IMG/VR virus record: IMGVR_UViG_3300032143_000014
Span: 1 to 28,437 of that record
DNA length: 28,437 bases
Direction: 5' to 3' (one strand)
Source: a virus
Taxonomy: Duplodnaviria > Caudoviricetes
This document shows positions 7,943 through 15,770 of the stretch, one piece after another. The translations under genes were made by a program, and so were the position numbers. The first letter of the stretch is position 1. Each line of letters starts with the position of its first letter. The notes beneath the pieces are model-generated. The model did no database searches. It saw nothing but the letters and a program-made list of their open reading frames with translations, and had not been told where the DNA came from.

Positions 7943-8893
7943 ATGTCTAATTTCGCAAATCTAAAAAAGCAATCTTCTCTTGGTTCACTCACTGAAAAAC
8001 TAGTGAAGCAAGTAGAGAAAATGAGCACTACTTCCAGTGGTGCCGATGAACGTCTCTGGAAACCAGAGATGGATAAAACAGGTGTGGGTTCTGCAGTAAT
8101 CCGTTTTCTTCCTGCCCTTGATGGTGAAGAAGTTCCCTGGGTAAAACTATACACTCATGCATTTCAAGGAAATGGTGGATGGTATATTGAGAATAGTCTG
8201 ACTACTGTCGGTCAGAAAGATCCTGTTTCAGAACATAATCGTGAACTCTGGAATAGTGGTAATGAGAAAGATAAGGACACTGTTCGTAAACAGAAACGCA
8301 AACTCTCTTACTTCAGCAACATCTATGTAGTAAAAGATCCTACAAACCCTTCCAACGAAGGTAAAGTCTTCTTGTTCAAGTATGGTAAGAAAATCTTTGA
8401 TAAAATCCTGAATGCTATGCAACCAGAATTTGAAGATGAAACACCAATCAATCCATTTGATTTTTGGCAAGGTGCTAACTTTAAGATTAAGATTGTAAAG
8501 AAAGATGGTTATTGGAACTATGATAAGTCAGAGTTTGATCGTGTAAGTCCCTTGTTGGATGACGATGATGCTATGGAAGCAATCTGGAAGAAGGAGTATT
8601 CTCTAACTGCAATCACTGCACCAGATCAGTTTAAGTCCTATGAGGATCTTGAGCGTCGGATGAATATGGTTCTTGGTTTGAGTCATACTTCTTCTCCTAC
8701 ACAATCTCGTGCTGTGGTTGAGCAAGAAGATAAGTACGAATCTTACAATCAACCAGTCAATCGTGAGACTAAAGTTCTAGAAGAACTTGAACAGTCTTAT
8801 GCTCGTTCCAAATCTCCTACACTTCCTACAGTCACTGCTGCTGATGAAGATGAGGATGATGCCTTGCAATATTTTCAAAAACTGGCAGAGTAA
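7943..8893 (+). CDS. g32: Single-stranded DNA-binding protein gp32
   Basis: DERLWKP, AVIRFLPA, GWYIENSLTT, EGKVFLFKYGKKIFDKI, GANFKIKI, NYDKSEF; acidic C-terminus. Confidence 0.97.
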   Translation: MSNFANLKKQSSLGSLTEKLVKQVEKMSTTSSGADERLWKPEMDKTGVGSAVIRFLPALDGEEVPWVKLYTHAFQGNGGWYIENSLTTVGQKDPVSEHNRELWNSGNEKDKDTVRKQKRKLSYFSNIYVVKDPTNPSNEGKVFLFKYGKKIFDKILNAMQPEFEDETPINPFDFWQGANFKIKIVKKDGYWNYDKSEFDRVSPLLDDDDAMEAIWKKEYSLTAITAPDQFKSYEDLERRMNMVLGLSHTSSPTQSRAVVEQEDKYESYNQPVNRETKVLEELEQSYARSKSPTLPTVTAADEDEDDALQYFQKLAE

Positions 8894-9562
8894 TCAACTA
8901 TAGAGTTTGATATTATCTCCTGTTTTCAAGGATTCGCTCACAAACTGAGAGGATCCTTTTTTGTATTGCATAATTTCCTCCATATCATCAAAAACAATAT
9001 TTAAATATCTGGGTTTAAGTATGAAAATATTTCTCTTATCATTTTCTACTTTCTCTTCATACTCATAATTTGTAATTGGAGTTGCAAGATTTCCTGTAGT
9101 AACTTGTAAGTCTGTAAAGAAATCATAATAACTTACAGAATAAGAGGAGTCCACCTGAAGTCCTGCAGGAACAATTGTAACTCCTTGAGTGTTTTTAACT
9201 TCTATGGTTTCATAGTGATGAATACCATTGTAAAGAGTATTATAATCACCATACTTATCTAATACAAACCTATCAAAATCTGTTTGAGGTAATGGCCATT
9301 CTGATTGAATATTAAGAATGTTATTTGATAGAAGAATAACCCAATCCAATGAGGAGTCATCATAAACTTCAAATGCAACATTATCAGGACGATCATCTCC
9401 AACGATTTTATACTTCTCAAAGAAGGCAACATTCTGAAAGATGTCTTCTCTAATTTTTCCTTTCTTAAATAAGTTCTTTACACGAACATAATCTCCTATT
9501 TTAGAATCAGGAAGCCTGCTAACATAATTGAAATCTGGAACTCTTTGGAAATAACTTGACAT
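8894..9562 (-). CDS. g53: Baseplate wedge subunit gp53
   Basis: YFQRVPDFNY, DRPDNVA.EVY...LDWVILLSNNI...EWP (LysM-like), IHHYET, EEKVENDKRNI. Confidence 0.92.
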   Translation of the reverse strand: MSSYFQRVPDFNYVSRLPDSKIGDYVRVKNLFKKGKIREDIFQNVAFFEKYKIVGDDRPDNVAFEVYDDSSLDWVILLSNNILNIQSEWPLPQTDFDRFVLDKYGDYNTLYNGIHHYETIEVKNTQGVTIVPAGLQVDSSYSVSYYDFFTDLQVTTGNLATPITNYEYEEKVENDKRNIFILKPRYLNIVFDDMEEIMQYKKGSSQFVSESLKTGDNIKLYS

Positions 9563-9563
9563 T

Positions 9564-10919
9564 TTAGTAACCTATTCCTGTTAATTCATTATAATCATCA
9601 TTAAATATTGGCTCAAGTTCTGAAAACTGCATCGTAATTTGATAAGAAACCATTACACCATCATTAAAAGTTGCATATTGTCCTTCAGGAGTGTAGTTAG
9701 TAATTATATATTGTAGGGCACATTCTTTTATTCTACCTATGAATGGGTGATCATTACCACCTTGTCCCAAATGTAAATATTGAATACCAAAAGTATGCGG
9801 TGCTTTTAGGAATAAATTAGACTCTGTTCTAATTGCAGAACTTCCTCTCTTAAAGAAATTTAGAATTTTAATAATTTGTTCTGATTCTTTTTTACTTCTT
9901 GCTGCTAATTTAAAAGTAAAATTAAAAGGTCTTAATTGTGGTCCATTAAATAATAACTCTAGATTGGGATTTATAACAGTACCTTCTGCTCTTGATAATA
10001 TTGCAGCACTGTTCCCTCCAACTGCTGCTCCGGCAAATGCTGCACCGATTGCTCTTTTAGTTGCAGGATCATCTGCTCCTGCTTGAAATCCAGCTCCAAG
10101 TGTTTCTACTCCTTTTCCAATACCCTCTGTGATACCCGTGAAAGCAGCAGCTGCTAAACCAGCCTCAAGGGCATTCATAGGATTACTTGCCCAATCCATA
10201 GAATTTGTATCGGAAATGTTATTTGGAATTGGTAAAACAACACTTCCTAGTATAGTTCTTTCCTTAAAGTTTCCACCTACTGTACTTCCCCTATCTGACT
10301 TTCCTGCGGATTGTGTTGCACCAACTCCAGATGGTTTATATTTCAACATTGTAAATTTAATTACATCTTGTTTACTGCTTCTTATACCTTCGGGATATAC
10401 AAAATCACCAAAACTGTCGGTTTTTGTTCCTTCTCTTACGTTTCCAGATTCTGGTGGTCCTGCTGGAGCAGATCCACCAGATGTAGACCCAACTCCTGCC
10501 GTATTTGTACCAATTCCAGTAGCCGCCGCGACAGCTTGTGGAGTATTATTATTTACTTGTCCTGCAGGAACTCCTTGTAATGGAGCTCCCATAGATTGTT
10601 TAATATGATTATTTAAATTAACATTCAACATTGAGTTGCGATTTGCTAAACTTTTTTGCAAGTCAAGACCCGCAACAGGATTACCGTTTCCATCTTTTTT
10701 TAACACCCATATACCATCTGCACCTCTTGTTGCGACTTCTTTGACATTTCCAAGAATATTGATTCCTGTATCATGTAAACTTAAAGTTGCGGTAGCACTT
10801 CCTGGCACATATTTTCCATTAGCATCTGCTTCAACTTTAATTTTATTTGAAAGGAATAATTTTGTTCCGTCACCTGTTTTATATTCCTGTTTCACTACAG
10901 AAATTTCTCTGGCAGCCAT
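9564..10919 (-). CDS. g48: Baseplate tail-tube cap gp48
   Basis: VLPIPNNISD, INPNLELLFNGPQLRPFNFTFKL, FSELEPI; GAGGAGG RBS upstream of ATG 10919. Confidence 0.88.
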   Translation of the reverse strand: MAAREISVVKQEYKTGDGTKLFLSNKIKVEADANGKYVPGSATATLSLHDTGINILGNVKEVATRGADGIWVLKKDGNGNPVAGLDLQKSLANRNSMLNVNLNNHIKQSMGAPLQGVPAGQVNNNTPQAVAAATGIGTNTAGVGSTSGGSAPAGPPESGNVREGTKTDSFGDFVYPEGIRSSKQDVIKFTMLKYKPSGVGATQSAGKSDRGSTVGGNFKERTILGSVVLPIPNNISDTNSMDWASNPMNALEAGLAAAAFTGITEGIGKGVETLGAGFQAGADDPATKRAIGAAFAGAAVGGNSAAILSRAEGTVINPNLELLFNGPQLRPFNFTFKLAARSKKESEQIIKILNFFKRGSSAIRTESNLFLKAPHTFGIQYLHLGQGGNDHPFIGRIKECALQYIITNYTPEGQYATFNDGVMVSYQITMQFSELEPIFNDDYNELTGIGY

Positions 10920-10920
10920 A

Positions 10921-10983
10921 TCAGAAACCCTCCTCAATTACAAGAGAACTATTCATCCCAATTTTTTGTAGAGTATGAGACAT
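10921..10983 (-). CDS. Putative 20-aa leader ORF (MSHTLQKIGMNSSLVIEEGF)
   Basis: ATG at 10983, TGA ending at 10921; 1 nt from the g48 ATG; begins just after a late promoter. Confidence 0.4.
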   Translation of the reverse strand: MSHTLQKIGMNSSLVIEEGF

Positions 10984-10996
10984 TTATAAGGAGTTT

Positions 10997-11383
10997 TTAT
11001 TTATTTAGACGGAACTTTGCATAATTTATAGATATTAACTCATCAAGTTCTTCATATCTTACAACATGAAGTTTGCCTGCAACCTCTTCCCAAGTATATT
11101 GTCTTCCTTGTCTCCAATGAAAATTGATTGCCTTAAATCCCCATCTCTCTAATGAGGTGCAAGCAATTAAAGGGTGTTGGTCATACTCAATTTTTGGTGT
11201 CTTTGGATTATAAATGAACGTATAAAACTTTCCTGGTTCTGGATACAATACTTCTTCCTTTAATACATCTGTAATAATCAACATTAAATCTTCTGGATCT
11301 CGTGCTCCTTCTTCGTCAATTCTTTTTCTTAACTCTCTCATTCTTGGAGGAACACCAACATATTGTCCGAAACCTTCTGCCAT
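10997..11383 (-). CDS. gp2-like DNA end protector (short form)
   Basis: PGKFYTFIYNPKT...YDQHPLI...GFKAINFHW resembles the T4 gp2 core; adjacent to g4. Confidence 0.6.
   Translation of the reverse strand: MAEGFGQYVGVPPRMRELRKRIDEEGARDPEDLMLIITDVLKEEVLYPEPGKFYTFIYNPKTPKIEYDQHPLIACTSLERWGFKAINFHWRQGRQYTWEEVAGKLHVVRYEELDELISINYAKFRLNK
10998..11005 (-). promoter_or_regulatory. T4-type late promoter (AATAAATA, with overlapping CTAAATA)
   Basis: Minus strand reads CTAAATAAATAAAA across the stop of the upstream gene, ahead of g48/g53. Confidence 0.65.
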
Positions 11384-11826
11384 TATTTGATACCTAAATC
11401 ATTTTCCGTGATAATACGAAACCCAATCATATTATCTTTGCAAAATTCTTCTGCTGCTTGCCACTTTGCTTGATTGGTTACATATGTATAAACCTCATAG
11501 AGATATGATTTAGTTGTTCTTGCTCTAGGTTTTGGTTCCACTGTTTGTTTTTGTGGTTTGATTTCGATAATATATTTTTTAATCTCTCCAGATTGCTCTT
11601 TCACTTTGATAATAAAATCTGGAAAGTAAGTTCTTACTTTTTTCTTTACTGGATCGTAATATTTGATACGAATTTCCTCTGAACCCCACGCAATTATATT
11701 TTCATTTAGATCGCACCAATAACAGAATTTCCTTTCCCAACTACTTCTACAAACAATATTATTTGAGTCCCCAATATATTTTTGGGGGTATGATGGTTTA
11801 TATCTACTCTTTAAACTTTCTCCCAT
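11383..11826 (-). CDS. g4: Head completion nuclease gp4 (TnsA-like PD-(D/E)XK)
   Basis: PQKYIGD, RSSWERKF, WGSEE, YFPDF, IEIKP.KQT, NQAKW.AA, ITEND. Start is ATG 11826. Confidence 0.93.
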   Translation of the reverse strand: MGESLKSRYKPSYPQKYIGDSNNIVCRSSWERKFCYWCDLNENIIAWGSEEIRIKYYDPVKKKVRTYFPDFIIKVKEQSGEIKKYIIEIKPQKQTVEPKPRARTTKSYLYEVYTYVTNQAKWQAAEEFCKDNMIGFRIITENDLGIK

Positions 11827-11860
11827 TATCTCTACTACATAATATATAAAGATCAAAAAG

Positions 11861-11868
11861 TATTTATA
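11861..11868 (-). promoter_or_regulatory. Consensus T4 late promoter TATAAATA driving g4
   Basis: + strand TATTTATA at 11861-11868 in the 43-bp divergent intergenic region. Confidence 0.8.
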
Positions 11869-11869
11869 A

Positions 11870-12730
11870 ATGGCTAGTGTTACTCCCACTCCCAAAAAAA
11901 TAGCAGATATTAAACTTAACTTACTTCGTCCTGCACTTACCTCTCATTTTGCTGTTACAATTCCAAAACCAATTGGCGGTGACTTTGATAATTTTTTGAA
12001 ATATAATGGTGTTATTTTAAATCAGGGAAAGTTAAATTTAATGTGTTCAGAAGCAACTCTTCCTGGATCTAATTTAGCAACCTTTGAGATTAATGATAAT
12101 TTTCATGGTGTAACAGAAAGACATGCATATAGGAGAGTTTATGATGATCGTATTGATTTAACATTTTATGTTGATGCTGATAACTATCTTCCAATTAGAT
12201 ATTTTGAAACTTGGATGAAGTATATTGTAGACGAAAGTAGAGGAAAACAAACAGATAAAAATGCTGGATCGGAAGATAGGGAATATTTTTATAGAGTTAG
12301 GTATCCTGAGGGAACAAATGGATACACATCAGATGGTCTAACTGTTACAAAATTTGAAAGAGACTACACACAAACATTAGAATATAAGTTTATAAGATCT
12401 TTCCCAATTAGTATCAATTCAATGCCGGTTTCATACGATGCTTCTTCTTTACTTAAGTGTACAGTTTCTATGAGTTATATTAGATATGTTTTAATACAGG
12501 GATCTAATAAAGCAGAACCACAATCTACTACAAAATCTACTGGAGATCCTTCTAGCCCGAATTTTACTGCAACACCACAGCAACTTGCACAGATTAATAC
12601 TCAAGCATTCAATTCTAATATAGATTTAAGTAGTGTTACTGGAAATATCACTCCTGGTGGTGTTCCTTTTAATAGTGCTGGTGCTTCACAAATTGATTTT
12701 GCAACCGCAGCAAACTTAAACCTCTTCTAA
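11870..12730 (+). CDS. Tail tube initiator / tube-like protein (gp54/gp19 family)
   Basis: LMCSEATLPG, IDLTFYVD, YFETWM, FPISINSMPVSY...CTVSMSY tube-fold motifs; divergent from g4. Confidence 0.75.
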   Translation: MASVTPTPKKIADIKLNLLRPALTSHFAVTIPKPIGGDFDNFLKYNGVILNQGKLNLMCSEATLPGSNLATFEINDNFHGVTERHAYRRVYDDRIDLTFYVDADNYLPIRYFETWMKYIVDESRGKQTDKNAGSEDREYFYRVRYPEGTNGYTSDGLTVTKFERDYTQTLEYKFIRSFPISINSMPVSYDASSLLKCTVSMSYIRYVLIQGSNKAEPQSTTKSTGDPSSPNFTATPQQLAQINTQAFNSNIDLSSVTGNITPGGVPFNSAGASQIDFATAANLNLF

Positions 12731-12736
12731 AGACCT

Positions 12737-12744
12737 AATAAATA
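12737..12744 (+). promoter_or_regulatory. T4-type late promoter (AATAAATA)
   Basis: Intergenic, followed by an AGGA RBS and ATG 12772. Confidence 0.75.
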
Positions 12745-12771
12745 ATCATACTGAAATCATTATAGGATATT

Positions 12772-13491
12772 ATGCCTTTACCAAAAATTGCTACACCAAC
12801 ATATCAACTTGAATTGCCCTCAACTGAAGAGACTATTCAATACAGACCATTTCTAGTTAGAGAAGAAAAACTTTTAGTCATTGCTCTTGAGAGTGAAGAC
12901 ACAAAGCAAATTACCACCGCAATAAAAACAGTAATTAAAAACTGTATCATAACCAAGAATATTAAAGTAGAAACACTTCCTACTTTTGATATTGAATTCT
13001 TGTTCCTTAACATTCGTGGTAAGTCTGTTGGAGAAGAACTAGAAGTTAATATTATTTGCCCTGATGATGGTGAAACTCAAGTTCCTGTAAAAATAGTTCT
13101 TGATGATATTAAGGTTCAGAAAAACGAAACTCACGAGAAAAAAATTAAGATTGATAATTCAGTTATGATGGAAATGAAGTATCCATCACTGGATCAATTC
13201 ATTAAGAATAATTTTGATTTTGAGGGTGGAAATGCTATGGATCAATCTTTTGATCTTATTGCATCTTGCATTGATAAGATTTACACTACAGATGAAGTTT
13301 GGGTTACTTCTGATGTAACAAAAAAAGAAGTTACTGAATTTTTAGATTCAATGAATTCTTCTCAATTCAAAGACATTGAAAAGTTCTTTGAGACAATGCC
13401 TAAACTCTCCCATACCATCAAAGTTAAAAATCCAAAAACAGAAGTTGAAAGTGAAGTTGTTTTAGAAGGGTTAGCAAGTTTTTTCGCATAG
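12772..13491 (+). CDS. g26: Baseplate hub assembly chaperone gp26
   Basis: MPLPKI.TPTY.LELPS, YRPFLVREEK, FDIEFLFLNIRGKSVGE, FFETMPKL, LEGLASFF. Confidence 0.92.
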   Translation: MPLPKIATPTYQLELPSTEETIQYRPFLVREEKLLVIALESEDTKQITTAIKTVIKNCIITKNIKVETLPTFDIEFLFLNIRGKSVGEELEVNIICPDDGETQVPVKIVLDDIKVQKNETHEKKIKIDNSVMMEMKYPSLDQFIKNNFDFEGGNAMDQSFDLIASCIDKIYTTDEVWVTSDVTKKEVTEFLDSMNSSQFKDIEKFFETMPKLSHTIKVKNPKTEVESEVVLEGLASFFA

Positions 13492-13511
13492 GAATGGTCC
13501 ATATGGACCTT
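13464..13511 (+). promoter_or_regulatory. Putative -1 programmed ribosomal frameshift signal (g26/g51)
   Basis: AGAAGGG (13464-13470); T_TTT_TTC (13479-13485) in the g26 frame; hairpin GGTCC-ATAT-GGACC (13496-13509). The -1 frame is open into g51. Confidence 0.7.
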
Positions 13512-13682
13512 GAGAATTATTTTCGTCTGAACTTTTCTTTGATGCAGTATCATAAATATTCATTATGGGAAATTGAAAATATGATTCCCTGGGAAAGAGA
13601 TGTTTATGTTGGACTACTTCAGCAGCATCTTGAAGAGGAAGAGTTAAAACAAAAACAACAGATGAGCAATGCCCGATTCTAA
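13494..13682 (+). CDS. g51: gp51-like baseplate hub assembly catalyst (short; possibly the C-terminal part of a gp26 fusion)
   Basis: NYFRLNFSLMQYHKYSLWEIENMIPWERDVYV.LL motif. Confidence 0.88.
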   Translation: MVHMDLENYFRLNFSLMQYHKYSLWEIENMIPWERDVYVGLLQQHLEEEELKQKQQMSNARF

Positions 13683-15765
13683 CGATTTAAAAAATCTAGA
13701 TTCACAACTCAAAAAAACTTTACTCTCTGCGGAAAGTTTTAAGAAGGGAAGTTTTGTTGATTTTTCTAAAAATATTATCAATGTACAAAAAACAAATATA
13801 AGTCTTATTGGTAGTGTAAGACAACTTGTTGCATCGGTTGCTAACATAGAAAAGATTGCTAATAATAATTCTAGAAAAATTACAAGTCTTAAAAATATAT
13901 CAAAGAGTCAAAGCACAAGAATTAGTGGAGAAAATATCGGTGCTAAACTACCAGGAAGTTCAACATCAAATGTAGAAGATAGTATCACAAAGATTTCTGT
14001 ATCAGTATCTTCTATTGCAGCAATATTAGCAGGTAGAAAAAAAGCACTTGATAATACTACTGCTTTTGATAGAAGAAAAGCAGAACAAGAAAAAAGAGGA
14101 CTTGCTGAAGATAATTTAGAAAAGAAATTTGAAGGATTAAAGTCTGCTGCAGAACAAGTTATATCACCAGTTAAAAGCATACTTGATAGAATAATTGATT
14201 TCTTCGTAACAGTTTTTCTTGGAAGAGTTGTCTATAAACTATTAGGATGGTTTGGTGATAAAAAAAATGCTGATAAGGTAAAGGCAATTGGTAGATTTTT
14301 GGGAGATCACTGGCCCAAACTTCTAGCACTCTACTTAGTTTTTGGAAATGCTTTTGGAAGATTTGCTTTGGGATTAACCAAAGCAGTTGCATCAGGAGCA
14401 ATAAAACTTGGATTTGCGATTGCTAAACTTTTAGCTGCTAAAAAAGTTAAAGGTGCAATGGGTGCTGCTCGATTTTTAGGTGGAGGAAAAGGAAAACTTT
14501 TAGCAGGTGTATTAGGAACTGGTGCTGCTCTTGGTGGAGCATATGCAGTTACTCAAGGACTTAAGGGTAGTGGTGAAGATCAGAAAACACAAAAACTTTC
14601 TGGTGGTGGATATGTAAGGCCAAGATTTCCTGCATTTAAAGGTGGTGGATTTAACTTTAAGGGTATGCTTGGTGGAATGGGGGATATGTTCGGTGGATTT
14701 GTAAGTGGTGAAAAAGGAGTTGATAAAATACCTGCGATGTTAAGTGATGGTGAATTTGTGATGTCTGCGGGAGCAGTGCAGAAGTATGGTGTAGATACTC
14801 TTGAAACAATGAATGCTGCTGGAGGAGGAACAAATAAACCCAAGATGATAAGTGGAACTACTTATGCTGCTGGTGGAGGTGCGATTGGACGCACTGCAAC
14901 TTCCGTAAAACCAACTACACCGACCGCAAAACCATTGACTGCAAACACAAAACTTGCATATAATACTATGAAGTTGCAATTTCCAACAGCTAAACCTTAT
15001 CATATTGCAGGTGCTCTGGCAAACTTTGAGACGGAAGCACCTGGACTCAAACCAAACACATATCAAGATGGTGGAGGTCCTGGTAGAGGCATAGCACAAT
15101 GGGAAACACCAGGAAGGTGGGACACTGCTATGAAAAAATATGGACCAAGTATTATCAATAGTTTGCCGCTACAATTGGATTATGTAAAACACGAAATGGA
15201 TACTGGTAATCCAGATTCCGAAGGAAGTCCTCAACTTCCTTATGGTAGAAATACAAAAAGCACTTGGTTAAATTCAACAAATTTGATTGATGCAACTACG
15301 AATTTTATGAAAGCATATGAGGCTCCTGGAATACCTCATCTTGATAGAAGACTTGCAAATGCTAAAAACATAATGGCATCTATTAACAATTCCAATACTA
15401 AAGTTGGTTCCAGTAAACCAAAACCACAATCACAAAATGTATTTCAACAAATTGGGTCCTCTGTAGCATCTGGTGTTAAAAGTCTTTTTGGTCAACCTGC
15501 ACAGGCTAGTCCTATGCCTTATGAGAAAGGTGGATATGCACCAAAAAGTGCTAGACCAACCTCTCCAATCGGCAGTTCAAAATCAGTATCAAGACCAACA
15601 ATAAAACCATTAACATCACCAAAACCAAGAATCATGTATGTTCCAGCAACACCTTCTCAAGGTGGAGGAGGATATGGTGGTAGTGCATCTACATCGGTTC
15701 CAAGTTTCAGTGCAACAGCACCGGGTGGTAATGCAAAACAAAAAACTCTTGGTGTGACGAGATAA
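13669..15765 (+). CDS. Tape-measure-like / hub protein with phage tail lysozyme (Phage_lysozyme2-like) domain
   Basis: Helical N-terminus, Gly/Ala hydrophobic segment, DKIPAMLSDGEFVM motif seen in tape measures. Lysozyme-like region IAGALANFETE...GRGIAQWE...QLDYVKHE...YEAPG (~14950-15380). Confidence 0.75.
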   Translation: MPDSNDLKNLDSQLKKTLLSAESFKKGSFVDFSKNIINVQKTNISLIGSVRQLVASVANIEKIANNNSRKITSLKNISKSQSTRISGENIGAKLPGSSTSNVEDSITKISVSVSSIAAILAGRKKALDNTTAFDRRKAEQEKRGLAEDNLEKKFEGLKSAAEQVISPVKSILDRIIDFFVTVFLGRVVYKLLGWFGDKKNADKVKAIGRFLGDHWPKLLALYLVFGNAFGRFALGLTKAVASGAIKLGFAIAKLLAAKKVKGAMGAARFLGGGKGKLLAGVLGTGAALGGAYAVTQGLKGSGEDQKTQKLSGGGYVRPRFPAFKGGGFNFKGMLGGMGDMFGGFVSGEKGVDKIPAMLSDGEFVMSAGAVQKYGVDTLETMNAAGGGTNKPKMISGTTYAAGGGAIGRTATSVKPTTPTAKPLTANTKLAYNTMKLQFPTAKPYHIAGALANFETEAPGLKPNTYQDGGGPGRGIAQWETPGRWDTAMKKYGPSIINSLPLQLDYVKHEMDTGNPDSEGSPQLPYGRNTKSTWLNSTNLIDATTNFMKAYEAPGIPHLDRRLANAKNIMASINNSNTKVGSSKPKPQSQNVFQQIGSSVASGVKSLFGQPAQASPMPYEKGGYAPKSARPTSPIGSSKSVSRPTIKPLTSPKPRIMYVPATPSQGGGGYGGSASTSVPSFSATAPGGNAKQKTLGVTR

Positions 15766-15770
15766 AATAA

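Noticed and set aside
10129-10971. + strand ORFs antisense to g48, and the many minus-strand ORFs inside the tail genes
   Set aside because: Shadow ORFs produced by codon bias of the real gene; no RBS or motifs.
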